DNA of 64,000 nt, taken from the human T2T-CHM13v2.0 reference genome, Homo sapiens. Shown in pieces: positions 55,888 to 64,000 of the stretch. Below the pieces are notes generated by a model, which searched no databases, was not told the DNA's origin, and was given only the letters and a program-made list of their open reading frames with translations. Location of the stretch: assembly GCF_009914755.1 (NCBI RefSeq), contig NC_060939.1. The stretch is one strand, 5' to 3'. A program made the position numbers and the translations under genes. The stretch's first letter is position 1. Every line of letters starts with the position of its first letter.

Positions 55888-56796
55888 TGTAGTGAATTCC
55901 TATAATTTTAGGTTGCCTTGGCATTCGTTTCAAGTATAAGTCTGACTTTCTCATTCAAGAATCAGGGCTCAGTCACCCTTGACACAGTTTTTAGTTCTCC
56001 ATTTCCTCCCAGGTCCTCAATGTGGTCAATCAAGATACCTGCCTTTTACAACCACCTCCTGGTTATCACCTCCTTTTAGGAGAGCTAGGTAGAATCTACC
56101 TGACTCACCCTAATGACCCCAAACCCTGCACAGATATGCCTCAGTGACCACCTCTTAGTCACAGCATGACTCATGCCTGCTTGCTCCAACCTACAAATTA
56201 GAACTCCTCATAGGAAACTTGCTTGGTTAAGAACACCCTGGACCCCAATAAAGGCTTTAGTTCCCTAGGTCCTTTCTCTTTCATCCCATCCACTGGTTGC
56301 ACTTGCGTGTCCTAGGTGGCACCCCTCTTCCTGTTGACCTTGCAAGGTGTGCTACTTTCTCTTCTCTCTAAAATCTGAAATTAAAACTGCTTGTTATTTC
56401 ATGCGTTTTGTTTTACCATCTCCTCTGTAGCTCACCTGACCAACACACCTGAACCTAATTCTCCGCTTGGTCAGGGTTCTCCTAGAGCGTGGCTGTCTTG
56501 GTCAAATAAACTGGACACGGATAGGACAAGAACCACAAGGGTATCTGCCAGTGTAAGTTTCCTGTGAGAAGAACACCTGGCCATAGGTCTGACATTTAAG
56601 CATTAGGACATCTACCAAGATAAAAAACTATCTCATGAAAGACAGACTGTAAACATCCATGACCATCTCATATGGTCATATCCCAGCTCCACAATAATCC
56701 CTGGAGCCCCATCAGGACAGACATACAGTTAACAGCCACTCTCCAGAGAGTTTATAGACACTCTCAAGAAAGATCAAATTAGAGGAAAATAAAACA
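55888..56796 (+). mobile_element. Solo ERV LTR (~0.9 kb), family not assigned
   Basis: TG...CA termini, 5-bp TSD ATTTG (55883-55887 / 56797-56801), internal AATAAA near 56247. Confidence 0.75.
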
Positions 56797-56800
56797 ATTT

Positions 56801-57137
<337 letters not shown>

Positions 57138-59385
57138 TCAAGGTTAGCAATACATTTTCCTCTACATGTATTCCTCTGAATTCTCCCTTCTAAAATATGT
57201 ATTGTTCTGTCTTGCACATCTCTAATCTACTTGGAGTTAATTTTTATGTATGGGGTGAGATAGGGACCAAGTCTTCCTTCTTTCCTATGTAGATAACAAG
57301 ATGTCCCAGCACCACTGATTGAAAAGATCAACCATCCTGTTACTCTACCATGCCAATTGTGATATAAATCAAACATCAACAAATGTGTGGGTCTCTTTCT
57401 GGTGCTGATTTTGGTGTATTTGTCCTCAGACTGCCATCTCACTATCTTAATGACTACAACTTTTATAAGTCTTGAGCTGGTAGAAGTCTTCTTTATTGCT
57501 CTTCAATATTGCCTTATCTATTCTTGGCACTATCTAGCTCCATAAAATTTTAGCATCATTCTATCAAATTCCACAAAATTCTCTTAAAATTTTGATTGGG
57601 AATGCATCAAAGATACATAAATAAGCTTGGAAATGGTTGATATTTTTACAGTAGTGAATCTTCCAGTCCATGAACATAGTATTTATCTCCTTTAAGTCTC
57701 TCAATAAAGTTTATTAATTTTGCTTATAGGAGTTTTACACATATATCATTAGATTTGTTGCTAGGTCCTTTTTGATGGTATGAAAAATGACATCATAGCT
57801 CCAGTTCCAAGTAAAATAAAGTAACCACAGTGATGTCTCTCCCACTTGATGCAGCCATAAAACATAAACAGAATGCACAGAACAGCTATTTGAGGACTCT
57901 TAATAAGGTGAATTGTAGCAGATAAATGCGGTAAGAAGAATGGAGTTTGAAGTTCACTATTCTAGCAGAGTTTCCCATTTTACTGAACTAAGTTAGGCCT
58001 GGACTGTCAGGCCTAAACCAAGCAGCAAAAACAGAGAGCTCCAGGAGAAGCCATTTACTTTTGGCTCAAGGAATGGGAAAGGAGACTCTTAATGTTCACA
58101 GAAAGGGAGGAAAAATTCTCCCTTTATCTTTTTTTTCCCTTTTCTCTATTTTCTGATATCACAGCCCCCAAATAATTCCACAGTTCTACTCTGAGGTGCC
58201 ATGACCCCAAGAGAGTAGAGTGGATCCACGTTGCTCTTTTTCTTTCTCTACAGGTACTTTGGCACTGAATATAGACAGGTACAGTCACAGGAAGTGACTG
58301 GTTTTCCAGCCAGAAAACCAGAAAGTACCAGGAAAGTCACAGAAAGAGGAGTCTGGAAAGGCAACTCAACAAACTTGCTTGTAAACTCCCGGGCTCATCC
58401 CCAGGCTGTGCAAGCATAATCTTAAGCTTAAACAGCAGAGCAAAGACCTTGAGACCACTGCCCAGGTTCCATACTGGCCACTCAGTGGCACATCACAGGA
58501 TAGAGTATATTCAGCTAGCACTGCAAAGGCTTTGAAAATGGAACTTACATGGAAACTACAATATACAGAAGGTTGGTCAAACCTTTCCATCTCAACCCAG
58601 CCAGCTCTAATTCCTGCTAAAACAAAAATATCAACATTCTCCATAGGATTTACAAAAGGCCCAGAGTCACATAACGTAATATTTTTAAATGTCCAGGCAT
58701 AATCCAAAATTACTCATATAAAGAACTAAGAAAATCTCAACTTGCAAGAGAAGAGACAACAAGACACAGATGTTGAAATCAACTGACAAAGATGTTAAAA
58801 TGGCTAGTAGAAAAATGTTTAAAGAAGTGTGGGCACTCCCCAAATCAATAACATAGGTTTCCATCTTAATCAATTAGAAAAAGAAGAGTAAAACGATTCC
58901 AAATCACATAGAAGGCAGGAAACAATAAAAAAGCAGATATCAATGACATTAACAGAAAACCAAGAGTGAATATGAATGAAATCAAAAGAGCAATATAACA
59001 TAAAAACTTCAGCAAGATAGGCAAAGAGAAAAGACACAAATTACCAATATCAAGAATAAAAGAGGGGTATCAGTACTAACCCTGCACACATTAAAAGTAT
59101 AATAACGAAATGCCACAAACAACTCTATACGCAAACCTATAAAAATGAAACAGATGAAAAAGACCAATTCCTCTAAAATCAAAAACAGTAAAAACACACC
59201 CAAGCTGAAACATATTACTAGGATAGTCCTTTAACTATTAAATAAATTAAACGTATAGTTAAAACCCTTCTGAAAAAGAAAACTCCAGGCCCAGATTGTT
59301 TCACTTATAAATTCTACTAACATTTAAAAAAGAAATAACACCTATTCTACATAATCCTGACAGAAAGTAGAAAAGGACAAAATAC

Positions 59386-59703
<318 letters not shown>

Positions 59704-60954
59704 TCATGAAGCTAGTATTACAATGATACCAAAACCAGACAAAAACAGTACAGGAGAAAAAACATAATAAAAAATATTCTTAATGAACACAGATGCAAAC
59801 ACACTCAATAAAATATTAGCAAATCAAATCCAGCCACAAATAAAAACAATAATATACCATAACGAAGTGGGGCTTATACTGGTACTACAAGACTGATTCA
59901 ATTTTCAAAACTCAATCACGGCAATCCACACATTAATAATTTAAAGAAAAAATATATAACCATATTAATGCATACAGAAAAAGCACTTGACAATACTCAA
60001 GATTCCTTTATGATAATAACTTTCAGCAAACAAGGAATAAAAAAGAATCTTCTCAGCCTTATAAAGGGCATCTATAAAAAAAAAAAACCTAGTACTGCAA
60101 TAAGGAAAAAAAAAAAAAGAACACATACATTGGAAAAGAAGAATTCAAACTGTCTAATTTGCAGCTAGTGTGGATATCTACACTGAAAATCCCAAGAGAT
60201 TTAAAAAAAAAAAAAAGAAGCCTAGTGCTAATAAGGTCACAGGATACAAAATCAGAATTTCTGTGCAGCCATGAACAACTGGAAACAATTGGAAAATAAA
60301 ATGTTTAAAAAGATACCATTTTAACATAGGTCTGAAAAATTAAATACTTCTAACAAAACATGTATCAGATCTATGTGCATAAACACTGATGAAAAATCAA
60401 AGAAGATCTAAATAAATATAGACATATGTTCATAATTGGAAGACTCAAAGATGTCACTTCTCCACAAATTGATCTACAGATTTAAAAGAAAGGCAATCAA
60501 GTTCATTCCCAGTAGGATTTTTTTTGTAGCTATGGACAAACTGATCCTAAAATTTAAATGGAAAGGTAAAGGAACTAGAATAACTAAAACAATTGTAAAA
60601 AAAGAGAATAAAGTTCAAAGAATCACACTACTCAATTATAAGACTTACCATAAAGTCAATAATCAAGACAGTGGTATTGTGGCAAAAGGATAGAGACATA
60701 GATCAGTGCAACAGAATACAGATTCCAGAAATAGACCCACAAAAATATAGCCAATTGATTTTTTACAAAGGTACAAAGGCAATTCAATGGAGAAAGGGCA
60801 GCTTTTCAACAAATGGTGTTGGAACAACTGGATGTTCATATATCAAAAAAAAAAATCTAATCTGATATTTTACACAAAAATTAACTCAAAATGAATCATA
60901 GGATCTAAATTTAAAACACAAAAAGCTTCATGAAATATACAAAAAACATCTTAG

Positions 60955-61383
<429 letters not shown>

Positions 61384-61637
61384 TAGTGGGCCAAAATCTA
61401 AGAGAAAAGGAGAACATAAGGCTGTGCTCAGCACTGAATGCCAATTTGTCCTAACAGCATTTGCTAATCTAAAAGAGTGAGGGTAAAACTGAGCTGCATT
61501 TTGATGGTCTCTTGGATCTAGAGGAACAAAAATGAAAGTGCTCCATCTGACAAAAGATGGGACTCCAATAAACTACCCAACACTTTAAACTGAAATCTTG
61601 AAGATTAATCCACATAACATTAGAGACCTAGAATTAA

Positions 61638-61959
<322 letters not shown>

Positions 61960-62341
61960 ACTTGTAGAGATTCGCATCTGTCTTTGCATCATTTAGATGG
62001 TTTAGAAAATTTCAAGCCTTGGGCTTGAATTAATGTCTTCCCTAAACAGTAAAATCCCCAAGACATGTCACCTAATTAAATTAAAATTCCCTTTTGGGTA
62101 AGATACCACCATCTTGGGCCTTAGGTTATTCCTAAAAGTCTTTTTTCAAATACACAAAGTCAACAATATCTATCACACAAGGAAAAAAGACCTCATGAAA
62201 GAACCAGTGTAACAACCAAAACTAAGAACTTACGGATGGCTTTAACAGCAAATTAGACATGGCTGAATATAGGATTTGCAAATTGATTAGAAAAAAACAT
62301 CTAGAATGTTGCACAAAAGGATAAAAAGATAGAAAACATGG

Positions 62342-62971
<630 letters not shown>

Positions 62972-63376
62972 TCACAGAAATAAAGTCAGAAAGTCTGAAA
63001 CATATTTATTTGTTTTATAAGGTCAATCAGGGCAGAGGCAATATTTGAAGAAACAGCTGAAATTTTTCAATAAATGATGAAAGATATTAATTTACAGATT
63101 TGAAAACTCCCAAGCAGATTTTTTAAATGTATACATAGACCAAACACAGCAGAACTTCAGAAACACAAAGGAAAAAAATCTCAAAGGCAACTAAGAGAAA
63201 AAAATATATAACTTTCAAAGAACCAACAGTAAATTAGCAGTTTACGTCTCAACAGAAACAGTAGAGACCAGAAGACTATAATCCTCAAGGTGCTGAAAGA
63301 AAACACTGCCATGCTCTACCTACCTGTCTACCTGCTAAAAGACAGCAAAACGGCCTTTCAAGAATGAAACAAAATA

Positions 63377-64000
<624 letters not shown>

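Overview
Human genomic DNA (AluY/S/J, L1HS, L1PA, L2, MIR and MER repeats; AT-rich). It holds the 5' part of DMXL2 (Rabconnectin-3 alpha) on the minus strand. Seven coding exons (inferred exons 2-8; 126, 72, 79, 136, 67, 179 and 184 nt) have GT-AG borders and splice into one open frame encoding N-terminal WD40 repeats (AYGSGCDIV...RIQHALE). Exon 1 lies beyond the right edge, so 31962-64000 is intron 1. The rest is mostly transposon-derived. It includes two near-full-length L1PA elements antisense to the gene, a 5'-truncated human-specific L1HS-Ta (Ta-0) in gene-sense orientation, a solo LTR, DNA transposons and many Alus. Main leads: (1) both long L1s point their antisense promoter into DMXL2 and carry an open ORF0-type frame whose splice donor is in frame with the next DMXL2 exon; (2) a young L1HS-Ta with an AAAA>GGGG cluster resembling ADAR editing; (3) candidate poison exons and AG|GT recursive-type sites; (4) exon phases that allow stop-free circRNAs; (5) a 28-nt retro-insertion with poly(A) and TSD. 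All repeat subfamily calls are by eye from remembered consensus sequences. No alignment or database search was run.
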